In this document: positions 43,879-53,900 of the stretch, piece after piece
Layout: the number at the start of each line of letters is the position of its first letter
Position numbering within the stretch: the stretch's first letter is position 1
Virus record (IMG/VR): IMGVR_UViG_3300036828_000389
Span: 11,517-75,516 of that record
Reading direction: 5' to 3' (one strand)
DNA: 64,000 nt
From: a virus
The notes under the pieces: model-generated
Told to the model about the DNA's origin: nothing
The model's input: only the letters and a program-made list of their open reading frames with translations
Database searches by the model: none
Made by a program: the position numbers and the translations under genes

Positions 43879-44897
43879 TGCCGCGGCGGGCGTCCGGCCT
43901 GGAGGTGCCGCCCAGCGCTGGGCGGGCCATCGTAACGGCGCGCCCTAACCTATGGATCCCGCCGCCGCCGGAGGAGGCGCCGGTACGCACTGCGTCGGGT
44001 GGCGTGAGCCATGCGGGCTGGTCGGAGCGCTACCCGAAGTGGGACTTGTCCCAGGAGGAGCAGCGCCAAGCTGCCGTCCAAAACCTGACCACCTTTCATG
44101 ACGTACTCCGGCGCCATGCTCCTGAGAGCTTGGAAGAGGGGCGTCGCTGGCACGAAGAGGCCCACCTGGGCGCCAGCGCAGCCATCCGCGGTAGCCGGAA
44201 GATCCGCAGTACCAGTCGCCGGAGCGCCCATGAGGCCGCCTCTGGGACGCTGGCCATCCTCAGCCCGGCCATGGACTGGAAGGCGGGCAACGTCCCGGCC
44301 CTGCACGCTGCCCTGCAACTCAGGCCCGAACACTGGAAGACAATTGAGCGGGCCCACAAGGCGGGGGGTGGTCGCTCAGCTGAGGTCACCGCTATCACCA
44401 AGGGCAGCCCTCTCGACCAGGCCACCACCAGTGCGCTCTACAAGACGCACCAGATCCTGCATGGGGGTGCCCATCCCCTGGACGTGATCAGTGCCCAGAC
44501 CTCACCCAAGGAGTGGCACTTCTATCACGACCTGGAGTTCCCCACCGAGTCGCACGGGGAAGGCGCCACCATCGACTACCGGGCCCACGACGTGGCCATC
44601 AACCGGATGTACCCGCCTCGCTACGGCCGGGGCCTGGAGGCAGGGTTCACCAAGACCGGTAGGACCGCTACCCGGTACCAGCACTTCGCCCGCGCTTACC
44701 AGACGGCGAGCGAGGCGAAGGACTTTGAGCATCCGAAGCACTTCCAGGCTGCGACTTGGCTGGGCGGTAAATACGTAGAGACCCTGCCCCCGAAGAAGGG
44801 CGGGGGCCAGCGGAAGGTTGGCGTCCCTCGCCGGAGCCAGCCTTACTTCTTGTCGCCCGGCGAGGAGGGGTATGAGCGTTGGGGTCATGCTGGATAG
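43878..44897 (+). CDS. DUF7178-like protein (possible glycosylase-like fold)
   Basis: GRRWHEEAH..LAILSPAMDW..N..KEWHFY..TIDYRAHDVA..FQAATW. Confidence 0.6.
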   Translation: MPRRASGLEVPPSAGRAIVTARPNLWIPPPPEEAPVRTASGGVSHAGWSERYPKWDLSQEEQRQAAVQNLTTFHDVLRRHAPESLEEGRRWHEEAHLGASAAIRGSRKIRSTSRRSAHEAASGTLAILSPAMDWKAGNVPALHAALQLRPEHWKTIERAHKAGGGRSAEVTAITKGSPLDQATTSALYKTHQILHGGAHPLDVISAQTSPKEWHFYHDLEFPTESHGEGATIDYRAHDVAINRMYPPRYGRGLEAGFTKTGRTATRYQHFARAYQTASEAKDFEHPKHFQAATWLGGKYVETLPPKKGGGQRKVGVPRRSQPYFLSPGEEGYERWGHAG

Positions 44898-45060
44898 CCA
44901 GCGTGTAGCCCTGTTCGTGCGCCGCCTCCTGGAGGGTCGCCCAGAGCCGGTCTCCCATCTTGATGGTCTCGGCCATCTCGCTGGGATCGCTGAAGCCATG
45001 CCGCCGGTCCAGGTAGTCCCAGAGCAGGGCGAAGTACTCGTCCGACAACTCGATACCCAT
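44668..45060 (-). CDS. Hypothetical protein (leaderless), antisense-overlapping
   Basis: TACGAT-7 nt-ATG 45060; MGIELSDEYFALLWDYLDRRHG... Confidence 0.55.
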   Translation of the reverse strand: MGIELSDEYFALLWDYLDRRHGFSDPSEMAETIKMGDRLWATLQEAAHEQGYTLAIQHDPNAHTPPRRATRSKAGSGEGRQPSAGPRPSSGAGSLRIYRPAKSQPGSASDAQSPSPRSPSGKRGRSAGTG

Positions 45061-45136
45061 AGCACCCATCGTACCGTAAATGGCTGCTCCATGGGCGGGT
45101 TCGCCCCACCACCCCGTATTTTCTGTCGGAGGCACC

Positions 45137-45352
45137 ATGGCTGACAAGCCGTACATCCAGAACGTGCCGGTCCCGTACATGGACGTGCAGACTCTCTGGA
45201 ACGACCGCCGCGACCCCCACGCCAGTCCCCTGAGCAGTGCGCCGCGGCGGGAGTCGGCGCGCACGGCGCCCGGCAACCTGCACCGCATGGTTGACGAGAT
45301 CTACACGGGCGTCCCTAACCCGGGTGGCAAGCCTGCCGGGAGCGAGAGGTAA
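45137..45352 (+). CDS. Small protein with LWNDRR motif
   Basis: SD GGAGG; TAATG coupling downstream. Confidence 0.65.
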   Translation: MADKPYIQNVPVPYMDVQTLWNDRRDPHASPLSSAPRRESARTAPGNLHRMVDEIYTGVPNPGGKPAGSER

Positions 45353-45549
45353 TGGGGACTGACGCCAACCCCATGGCTGTGTCCCAGCTGCATCGATTCC
45401 GGCCCCGGTACGCAGCCAAGGCCGCCGGTACGCCTCAGCAGCGCTATCAGAACTCGGTTGTCGTCCAGTTCCAGTCGACGGCTAAAAAGCGGCGCCTGCC
45501 GAAGACTCAGCAGCAGCTGGAGCAAGAGCGACGGGCGCAGCGACGCTGA
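45352..45549 (+). CDS. Small basic protein
   Basis: Coupled on both sides. Confidence 0.6.
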   Translation: MGTDANPMAVSQLHRFRPRYAAKAAGTPQQRYQNSVVVQFQSTAKKRRLPKTQQQLEQERRAQRR

Positions 45550-45965
45550 TGGCGGGTGAGAGGTTCTTCGGCCGCGCCGCCCATGACGGCAAGTACATCA
45601 CCGGGGTGGAGCGTCATCCGCCTTCCGATATCGAAGGCACGTCCGGGTCTCGCGGCCCAGCTGAAGTCGCCTTTCACCCTGAGTTCGTCCACCCCAGTGT
45701 CTGGCGCTCCCAGGTCTACTGGGACCGGCGAGAGGAGGGACGGCGCCCGAACCCCACCTGGGTCCGTCCGTTCCAGCAGTCCGAGCATATGCGGGAGTTC
45801 CCCCCGGGATCCGAAGAAACGGGGATGCGAGGTGGGAAGCCGGAGCAGAAGTCGGACATTTTTGAGCCCCTAGCTCACCGCTTCCCGGGAGAAATGAACA
45901 AGCTGTACATGCCCTTCCAGCCTGGTATCGACCCACTGCCACCCAACCCACCCATGTACCAGTAA
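45549..45965 (+). CDS. Hypothetical protein with YWDRREE motif
   Basis: TGATG coupling; abuts portal. Confidence 0.65.
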   Translation: MAGERFFGRAAHDGKYITGVERHPPSDIEGTSGSRGPAEVAFHPEFVHPSVWRSQVYWDRREEGRRPNPTWVRPFQQSEHMREFPPGSEETGMRGGKPEQKSDIFEPLAHRFPGEMNKLYMPFQPGIDPLPPNPPMYQ

Positions 45966-47738
45966 ATGGCCATACAGTTCCAGTCCCCCAGCTATCGGGC
46001 AGCTAGTTCCGACCTCACCATCCAGATCTCTCCCCTGGGTCTGGTGGAGCTTGCCGACGAAGAATTTGAGGTTCACGGTCCCCGGTTGAACCGGTACGCC
46101 ATGAACTGGGCCTTCTACCTGGGATACCACTGGGCCCAGCGACCGGACCTGGGCGAGCCCCAGCTGACCTTTAACTATGTGCGCGCCCTGTCGGACTTCA
46201 CCACCAACTTCGTCTTCGGTAAGGGCATCGGGTTCCGCACTCCGGACGCCACCGGAGCGATAATACCGACGCGGCTCCAACGTATCTGGGAGAAGGACAA
46301 CAGCAAGGACTCCCTCATCTGGGAGGCCGGGTCCATGGGGTCAGTGTCAGGTGACTGCTTTGTCAAGGTGGCTTACGAGGAGCCGTGGGAGGATCCCTCC
46401 GGCATGCCTCACCCCGGACGTGTCCGTATCCTGCCCCTGAATGCTGCGTTCTGTTTCCCTGAGTGGCATCCCCATGACCGCAAGCGGCTGATCCGCTTCA
46501 AGCTGAAGTACCGCTTCTGGGGCACGACCCAGGAGGGAACAAGGCAGGTATTCACCTACACTGAGTTGTTGACCGAGAACTTCATCGAGGAGTACGTCAA
46601 CGACGAGTTGATCGACCAGCGTGAGAACCCGCTGGGGGAGATCCCCGTCGTTCACATCTCCAACCTGCCCATCGCTGGCTCTCCCTGGGGGATGCCCGAC
46701 ATACAGGACATCACAGTCCTCAATCGGGAACTGAATGAGAAGGCCACGGATATCAGCGACATCATCAATTATCATGCTGCGCCGGTCACGGTGATCACGG
46801 GCGCGCGTGCCTCCAACCTGGAGAAGGGCACCCACCAGACCTGGTCGATCCCCAACAAGGAGGCCAAGGTCACCAACCTGCTCTTCGATCCCCAGGGCAT
46901 CGAGATGTCGCTTAAGTTCCTGGAGTTCGTCAAGCAGGCCATGCACGAAATGACCGGGGTTCCTAAAAGTAGTTTAGGCGACGAGCAGCCGATTTCTAAC
47001 ACCAGTGGCGTGGCCCTGGCCATTCAGTACCAGCCGTTGATGAACCGGTTCAAGCTCAAGGCCACCCAGTACGGGGAGGGCTTCGCGGAGGTCAACCGGC
47101 TGGCCCTCAAGACCCTGTTCATGAAGGAGCCCGAGACTCTGGTGTACAACCCAGAGTTTGATCCGCCCCTCCAGGATGACCAGCTGCCGATGTTGGATCC
47201 GATGGATCCGATCACCTACGAGTCGACAGTTCACTTCCAGCCGCCCCTGCCGGTCGACCAGCTGGTGAAGCTGAACGAGCTACAGGTGAAGATGGCCCTG
47301 GGCCTGGAGTCGAAGAAGGGGGCCCTGCGTGAACTGGGCGAGGAGCAGCCGGACGAGAAGCTGAGCGAACTCTTCCACGAACTGATTGATGATGCCGAGC
47401 AGCAAGCTGCTCTGGACTTACTGCGGTCCCAGATCGCTGGCTTCACCGTGATGCAGACCGGCATGGTGCCACCAGAGGGACCACAGCCCATGCCCCCGCC
47501 CCCGGCTAACGGGAACGGGAACGGCAAGTCCAAGAGCGGCGGTAGCTCCGGAGGAGTGAAGTCAGCTGGTGGGCCTAACGTCAACGTGGCCCCCGGATCC
47601 AAGCCGCCCCCTGGTGTCCTGCCTGGTCTCGACCTCACCAGTTCGGCGGATGTCAAGAAGATGTTCGACCGAGTGGTGGCTCTGAGCCACGGCACCGTGT
47701 TGCCACAACGACGTAAACCTGAGGAGGATGAACCTTGA
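45966..47738 (+). CDS. Portal protein (SPP1 gp6-like)
   Basis: FYLGYHW, FNYVRAL, ENPLGEIPVVHISN, NTSGVALAI; position between TerL and MCP. Confidence 0.88.
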   Translation: MAIQFQSPSYRAASSDLTIQISPLGLVELADEEFEVHGPRLNRYAMNWAFYLGYHWAQRPDLGEPQLTFNYVRALSDFTTNFVFGKGIGFRTPDATGAIIPTRLQRIWEKDNSKDSLIWEAGSMGSVSGDCFVKVAYEEPWEDPSGMPHPGRVRILPLNAAFCFPEWHPHDRKRLIRFKLKYRFWGTTQEGTRQVFTYTELLTENFIEEYVNDELIDQRENPLGEIPVVHISNLPIAGSPWGMPDIQDITVLNRELNEKATDISDIINYHAAPVTVITGARASNLEKGTHQTWSIPNKEAKVTNLLFDPQGIEMSLKFLEFVKQAMHEMTGVPKSSLGDEQPISNTSGVALAIQYQPLMNRFKLKATQYGEGFAEVNRLALKTLFMKEPETLVYNPEFDPPLQDDQLPMLDPMDPITYESTVHFQPPLPVDQLVKLNELQVKMALGLESKKGALRELGEEQPDEKLSELFHELIDDAEQQAALDLLRSQIAGFTVMQTGMVPPEGPQPMPPPPANGNGNGKSKSGGSSGGVKSAGGPNVNVAPGSKPPPGVLPGLDLTSSADVKKMFDRVVALSHGTVLPQRRKPEEDEP

Positions 47739-48535
47739 CCGTTACCGAGCCTGATCCGACACCGGACCCCGGGTCTCAGCCGTCGGATTCTGGTGACCCC
47801 AACAGCATCACCATTCCGGCGCCACCGGAAGCCCCCACGCCCCCGCCACGGACCCAGCGCGGCTCCGATCCCCAGTCCTTCACCCAGGAGGACATCGACC
47901 GTATCCGCCAGGAGGAGCGGGCCCGTGTGGCTGCTGAGCAGCAGCGCGCCGACGCCCTGGACGCGGAGTTAGCCAAGTACCGCCAGTCCGATGAGGAGCG
48001 GCAGAAGGCTGAGGTCAAGGCTCAGCGGGATGCGGAGCGGGCCCAGAAGAAGAAGGAAGAGGAGGAGATGGAACTGCGGGATCTCATGACCCGCAGGGAC
48101 GCGGAGTGGGAAGAGAAGCTCAACGCCGAGCGGGCAGAGCGGGAAAAGGCTCTGGCCATCCTGGAGCAGGAGCGGCGCCACGCCCACCTTCAGACCTATC
48201 TGGCTGGTCGCATGGCCAGTGAGGCCGAAGAGATCATGCCCGAGCTACGGGACATGGTCAGCGGTAACTCTGAGCAGGAAATCGATGCATCCATCGAGTT
48301 GGCCAAGAACAAGTCCCAGGCAATTATGGGTCAGTTCAACATGAACATGCAGCAACAGCGGGCCCAGGGTCGCACAGCCAGTGTGACCTCGCCGCCCGTT
48401 GGCCCCCCGGAGATGGCCGGGGGTACGACGCGGTCCTACAACGCTGATGACCTCAAGGCTCTAACTGCTGAGGAATACGCTGCTATTCGTGAGGATCTGC
48501 ACCGGGCTGCTTCGGCGCAATATCGCAACAGGTAG
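47735..48535 (+). CDS. Capsid scaffolding protein
   Basis: FTQEDIDRIRQEER, long charged coiled coil, precedes MCP; SD GAGGAGG, TTG start. Confidence 0.8.
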   Translation: MTVTEPDPTPDPGSQPSDSGDPNSITIPAPPEAPTPPPRTQRGSDPQSFTQEDIDRIRQEERARVAAEQQRADALDAELAKYRQSDEERQKAEVKAQRDAERAQKKKEEEEMELRDLMTRRDAEWEEKLNAERAEREKALAILEQERRHAHLQTYLAGRMASEAEEIMPELRDMVSGNSEQEIDASIELAKNKSQAIMGQFNMNMQQQRAQGRTASVTSPPVGPPEMAGGTTRSYNADDLKALTAEEYAAIREDLHRAASAQYRNR

Positions 48536-48589
48536 TACCCCAAACCCAATGGAAGGCCGGAAATAGGCCCAAACACTAGGAGGTAGGCA

Positions 48590-49579
48590 ATGCCTTCCGC
48601 GATTACCGGCACTCCACTCTTGAGCGCCAGCCCAACCGGGTACCCCGGTACCAACTCACAGCTGTCACCCGCCATTCAGGTCATCTGGTCGAAAGAAATT
48701 TTGTTCCAGAGCATGCCCGTGCTGAGGTTTGAACAGTTCGCGGTCAAGAAGACCGAGTTGGGCATCCAGCCCGGACTGCAAATCAACTTCATGCGGTACA
48801 ACAACCTGGGTGACGCTACGCAGCTGGTCGAGGGTGTCCGCATGCAGACCGCTGCTCTCACGGCCAGCCAGTACGCCATCACGGTGGCTGAGCAGGGCTT
48901 CGCCGTGGCTGTGAGCGAGCTACTGCTCAACTCGTCCTTCGATGACGTGATGGCCTCATCCTCGCGACTCCTGGGCCGCAACATGGCCAAGTACCTGGAC
49001 GGGTCCGCCCGCAACACCTTGATGAACGCGTCGTCACTGCTCTTCGGCTATGCCCTGCCGACTGGCACCATCACCCCGATCTCGCCTTACGACCAGGGCG
49101 TGGTGGCCACCAGCGACGCCGGGCTGACTGGCACCCAGTACATGAGCGTGAACGTCACCAAGGACGCCGTCGAGACATTGGCCACCAAGAACGTGCCTCG
49201 CATTGGTGAGACCTACGTGGCGTTCATTGACCCTCACCAGTCCCGTAGATTGCGCGATAATCCCGAATTTATCGAGATTACTAAATATGCAGCAGCAGGC
49301 AACTTTATGCTAGGCGAAATCGGGCGCCTGAATGACACCGTGTACATCGAGACAACCCAGATCGTTCAGGCTCCCTACCAGGGCACGCCTGGCAACCCGG
49401 TCATCCACACGGCTATCTATCTTGGCGACAATGCCTTCGGACACGCCATCTCTTTGCCGGTTGAATTGAGGGATGGTGGCGTGCTGGACTTCGGTCGTGA
49501 ACACGCTCTCTGCTGGTATGCGATTTGGGGCTTCGGACTGATCACAGATCAGGCTGTAGTCCTGGCCCACACCAACTAA
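48590..49579 (+). CDS. Major capsid protein (N4-gp56-like, HK97 fold)
   Basis: SD AGGAGG; LRFEQFA..GLQINF..EQGFAV..YVAFIDPHQ..GEIG. Confidence 0.88.
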   Translation: MPSAITGTPLLSASPTGYPGTNSQLSPAIQVIWSKEILFQSMPVLRFEQFAVKKTELGIQPGLQINFMRYNNLGDATQLVEGVRMQTAALTASQYAITVAEQGFAVAVSELLLNSSFDDVMASSSRLLGRNMAKYLDGSARNTLMNASSLLFGYALPTGTITPISPYDQGVVATSDAGLTGTQYMSVNVTKDAVETLATKNVPRIGETYVAFIDPHQSRRLRDNPEFIEITKYAAAGNFMLGEIGRLNDTVYIETTQIVQAPYQGTPGNPVIHTAIYLGDNAFGHAISLPVELRDGGVLDFGREHALCWYAIWGFGLITDQAVVLAHTN

Positions 49580-49583
49580 ATCT

Positions 49584-49625
49584 GGGGGGGATGTCGAAAT
49601 CTCTTGGCAGTTCGGCATCCTCCCC
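49584..49625 (+). terminator. Stem-loop after MCP (attenuator/mRNA stabiliser)
   Basis: GGGGGGGATGTCGAA...TTCGGCATCCTCCCC. Confidence 0.55.
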
Positions 49626-49649
49626 CTCCAAATGCCAAGAGGAGAAGCA

Positions 49650-50180
49650 ATGCCGCGACCCACATCACAAAGAGGTGACTTCACTGGCCAGGAGCGCGAG
49701 CGGCTGGCCCGCGAGAAGGCGGACGAACTGGTCGAGCGCCAGAAGGAGATCGGCCTGGTGAACCAGGTGGACATCGTGGTGGAGGAGGAGGGCGTCTTCG
49801 ACCCGAGCAGCGGGGCCCTCCTGGAGGTGTCAGACCAGGGTAGGCAGCGTATCGGCCAGATCAACGAGCCGGTGATGGTGGACGAGGATGAGATCTTCGA
49901 CCCCTCCCAGCCCCAGCCGCCCAAGCCGCCGCCACCCACCCAGGTCACCGAGACCCAGCAGGTTCCCAAGCTGACACGTCCCAATGCCCTCCAGGTGGAA
50001 GACCTGGGTGCCGAACCCATGGTGGTCGACCAGGAGTGGCGGGTGATCCGGGTCAACACCGACATCGAGCAGATGACCTACGGGGCCGGGAATGACCTGA
50101 CCTTCCTGCGAGGGCGCCGCTATAGGGTGCCCCGAGATCTATACGACTGGCTGGAGAGCAGAGGGGTGGTGTACCACTGA
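49650..50180 (+). CDS. Conserved hypothetical virion-associated protein
   Basis: SD GAGGAG; C-terminal RVNTDIEQMTYG..F..GRRYRVP..L. Confidence 0.7.
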   Translation: MPRPTSQRGDFTGQERERLAREKADELVERQKEIGLVNQVDIVVEEEGVFDPSSGALLEVSDQGRQRIGQINEPVMVDEDEIFDPSQPQPPKPPPPTQVTETQQVPKLTRPNALQVEDLGAEPMVVDQEWRVIRVNTDIEQMTYGAGNDLTFLRGRRYRVPRDLYDWLESRGVVYH

Positions 50181-50521
50181 TGACGGACGTAGAGCGAGTG
50201 GAACGAACGTGTGCGACGTGCGGGGTGACTGATTCGCATGCCCACCACGTTCAGTACGTGGCCTTTAACCATCCGGTTAGCGGCATGGGTGTGGACTTGT
50301 CCGTGAGCAAGCATGTGCAGTGCTGTGCCGACGACGGTGATCCTATTTGTCAGAGCGCCATGAAGTTTGCCCGTGATGCTCTGGACGATTACAGCCCCTC
50401 AGACCGGTTCAACGAGTTCATACAGAACCCGCCTCGCGAATACCTACAGGAACTGTTTGAGGTTCACGGCATCACTTCCCCAGAGTTTGATTATCCGAAG
50501 ATGGAGGGAGAGAGTGGCTAA
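50180..50521 (+). CDS. Zn-binding hypothetical protein
   Basis: CATCGVTDSHAHH..HVQCC..C. Confidence 0.65.
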   Translation: MTDVERVERTCATCGVTDSHAHHVQYVAFNHPVSGMGVDLSVSKHVQCCADDGDPICQSAMKFARDALDDYSPSDRFNEFIQNPPREYLQELFEVHGITSPEFDYPKMEGESG

Positions 50522-50909
50522 CCTGGTCACGACTGAAGCAAATAACCTTCTGAACGCATCGTCTGGACAGGCTGCCTTCACTGCTGTGTCTGGAGGGGTG
50601 GGTACTCAGCTGGTGGCCTTGACGACAACCGCTACCGCCAGCACTGCGACAGCGGCGGGCAGCGAAGTCACGGGCGGCAGCTATGCCCGCAAGACCATTA
50701 CCTTCGCGGCTGCCTCCGCTGGTTCGATCTCGTCAAACATTGCCCTGACGTACACGTCGATGCCTGCCTGTACCGTCGGGGGTGTGGACGAGTATGACGC
50801 CAATGGAACCACTCGTCGTTGGTTCGGGCTGTTGTCAGCGTCGAAGACTGTCAACGCGGGTGACACTTTCAGTATTGCTTCGGGGTCGTACACCAAGACG
50901 CTGTCGTAA
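50514..50909 (+). CDS. Small virion structural protein (fibre-associated)
   Basis: VALTT..GSEVTGGSYARKTITF..SN..KTVNAGDTF. Confidence 0.75.
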   Translation: MANLVTTEANNLLNASSGQAAFTAVSGGVGTQLVALTTTATASTATAAGSEVTGGSYARKTITFAAASAGSISSNIALTYTSMPACTVGGVDEYDANGTTRRWFGLLSASKTVNAGDTFSIASGSYTKTLS

Positions 50910-50918
50910 GGGGCGGGC

Positions 50919-53900
50919 GTGGCCTACGCCCTCGTCGGAACCATCGGTGCGGTATCGCAGGGGGCTGCATCCGCAGCTGTAACCGCGGCCTGGGGTACCA
51001 GCGAGAACCGCACTGCTAACAATCTGCTGACCTGTTCGGTATCGGGCACAGGCATCGCCACGCTGCCCACCACGCCCGCAGGCTGGTCGATAGGGGTCCA
51101 ACGGGCTGGTACCAGCTGTAGCGTCACCGTCTACTACAAGGTGGCTGCTGGAGCGGACGCCGCCCCGACCATTGCTGCTGTTACCAGCGCGGTGTGGGCG
51201 GTACAACTGGCCGAGTACTCCGGTGGTGCGGCCAGTCCGGCGGACCAGTCGGGTGGTAACAGCGCCACCACCAGCCCGCTGGTGGCAACCTGTGGTGCTG
51301 CGGATGCCGGAGCCGGGGACTTGGTCATTGGTTGCCAGGCTCTCCTCAACTCAGCGGCTCGTACCAACGCCACCTGGTCCCCGGCCTTCAACAACGGGGC
51401 CACAGCCACCAGCAACGTCAACAACGCCGCCACCTCCACCGCTAACCACTACGGGTTCGTCTACGGCACTACCACTGGTAACGCTGCCGCCGACACCCAT
51501 ACCCTGACCTTCACCACCACCAGCGTCACTGGCTGCGCGGTGGCCATGGCCAGCTTCAAGCTGACGCCTGTGCAGGCCGGTACGGCGACGCTGTCAGCTA
51601 CAGCTGGTATGACGGTCGCTGGTACGAGCCCTCGTCCCTACCTGGTGGCTCAGGGCCCGATCAATCAGGGTACGGGGACACTCGCTCCGACCTTCGGGCA
51701 GCCCACCACCGCAGGCAACCTGCTGGTGTGCCTGATCTCTGAAAACGCCAACTCGCCCATTGTCACCAACCCCAATGGTGCCTGGGTGCTGGCAGGTAGA
51801 CAGGCTCAGAACTACGGCATCATCTACTACCGGCCGAACTGTCTGGCCAGTGAGTCGCCGCCCACCTTCACTGATGGTTCATGTGGTGGCCAGGGCACAG
51901 CCATATTGCTGGAGTTCGGGAACGTAGCTACCAGTAGTCCTCTTGACTTGACTACTAACACTCAAGGCTCATCAAACCCCTACACCCTTACCCAGGGGGC
52001 TCCTAGCGCAGCCCCAGGTGAGCTTCTAATAGCTGTCGCTGGTGCTAGTGCTTCCGAAGCCTCAGGCAGCCTTACGTTCAACAACGCCACGGCTGTCAAC
52101 ATCGCCAGCAATACGGCTCACGTAGTGAACTACCAGATGGTCTACGGCATTGGCACCACTAACGCCACCGCAGACTCGACCACGGTCACCTACTCCGCTA
52201 CCCCTGGGGTGTATGGAGCCGTTTTCGTTTCGTTCAAAGGGACCGGCCCGTCCACAATTGTAGGTGCAGTTGCACTACACGCTACTGCTGGGATGACGGC
52301 GATTGCCACGACGGTGTCCGGCTCAGCATCGTTCAGCACTCTGGCGGATGACTTCAACTCCGGATCAATCAACAGCACCACCTGGACGAACGGATCACCT
52401 AGCCAGATCAGCGTGGTGGCTGGGCAACTTCAGGTAGCCACTGTGACGGCGGCGCAAGAGAACCAGTTATATACGAACAGTTTCTATGATCTGACATCGT
52501 CGTATGTGTCTATGCAGTTGGTCAGTGCTGGTAATACCGCCCTCACCAGTCTGGATATGTACCCGGTCCTGTTGCAGGATTCTGGTGGTACCAATCAGTT
52601 GTATTGGTATCAGAACAATGGGTTCCTAGCTGCCTACCAAAATGTGGCGGGTACCTCGACGCAGGTATTCCTCGTCAGCTATAACAGCACGAATCAGCAA
52701 TGGTTGCGTATCCGTGAGGCGGCGGGCACGACTTACTGGGAGTACTCGGCGGACGGTTCTACCTGGACGGTGGCACACAGCGTAGCCAACCCTATCCCTG
52801 TCACATCGTTGCGGCTGATCATGCAGGCTGGGACGTTTAGTACCGCTACATCGGCCTCGACGGTCATTTTTGACAACGTCAATACCACTCCAGCAAGTGG
52901 GGCGTTCGTCGGTACTGCTACCGCGAGTATGTCGGTGGCTGCCTCGATCACTGAAGTCTCCTCTGTCGCGCTGGCTGGTACCGCCGGGCTGACCGTCACT
53001 CCGACGCCTGTGTTCGGGTCGCTCCAGGACAACTTCGACACCAACGTCATCGACGCGACCAAATGGAACGCCAGCAATACCACTCAGGTCACCGCAGCGA
53101 GCCAGCGAATCAACATTGCCAGCACAACCGCGCCAGCGGTGTACTACCTGGCCTCAACTCATTTCTACGAGTTGGAGGGCAGTGGCGTTGTCGTGCAGTG
53201 TGGCGTCGGCAGCCAGGCCATCAACAGCTTTGAGACCTACCCCATCCTGATCGAGGTCGACGGGAACAACCAGCTGTACTTCTACGTCCTCCAGGGCTTC
53301 ATCGCCGCCTACACGGTCATTGGTGGCACCCAAACACAGGTGGCGTCGGTTGCTTACAGCGCCACCAGCCATGCCTGGCTCCAAATCTCGGCTACCCCTA
53401 CCACTGTCTACTGGTGGACTTCTCCAGATGGGCACACCTGGACGCAGTTCGCCAGCGCTGCGCTGAACGTCATCTTCAACCAGCCGATGCAGTTCTACTT
53501 CCAGGCTGGCACCTACAACACAGAGGTGTCGACCACCTCGTCCTGGATCGACAACGTCAACCTACAGCCATCAGCTGTCAACCTCAGTGGTAGTACCGGG
53601 ATGACTGTGGGGGCCCTGGTCACTGAGGTCGCGAGTGTGACCCTGGCGGGTGGGGCAGCACTGAATGTGTCGGCCCTGGTGACTGAGGTCTCCAGTGTGT
53701 CCATGTCCAGTACGACCAGCCTGATCGCTACTAGTTCCACGGCGGCTATCGACTTCGGCACTGTCGTTTTGACCGGGACTGCGGGCATGGTTGTGAGTGC
53801 TGCTGTCACCGAAGTCGCCAGTGTATTGGAGTCGGCTAACGCTGGAATGACCGTCACTGGTGTCCAGGTGCAGTTTGGGGCTGTGGCTCTGTCCGGTACG

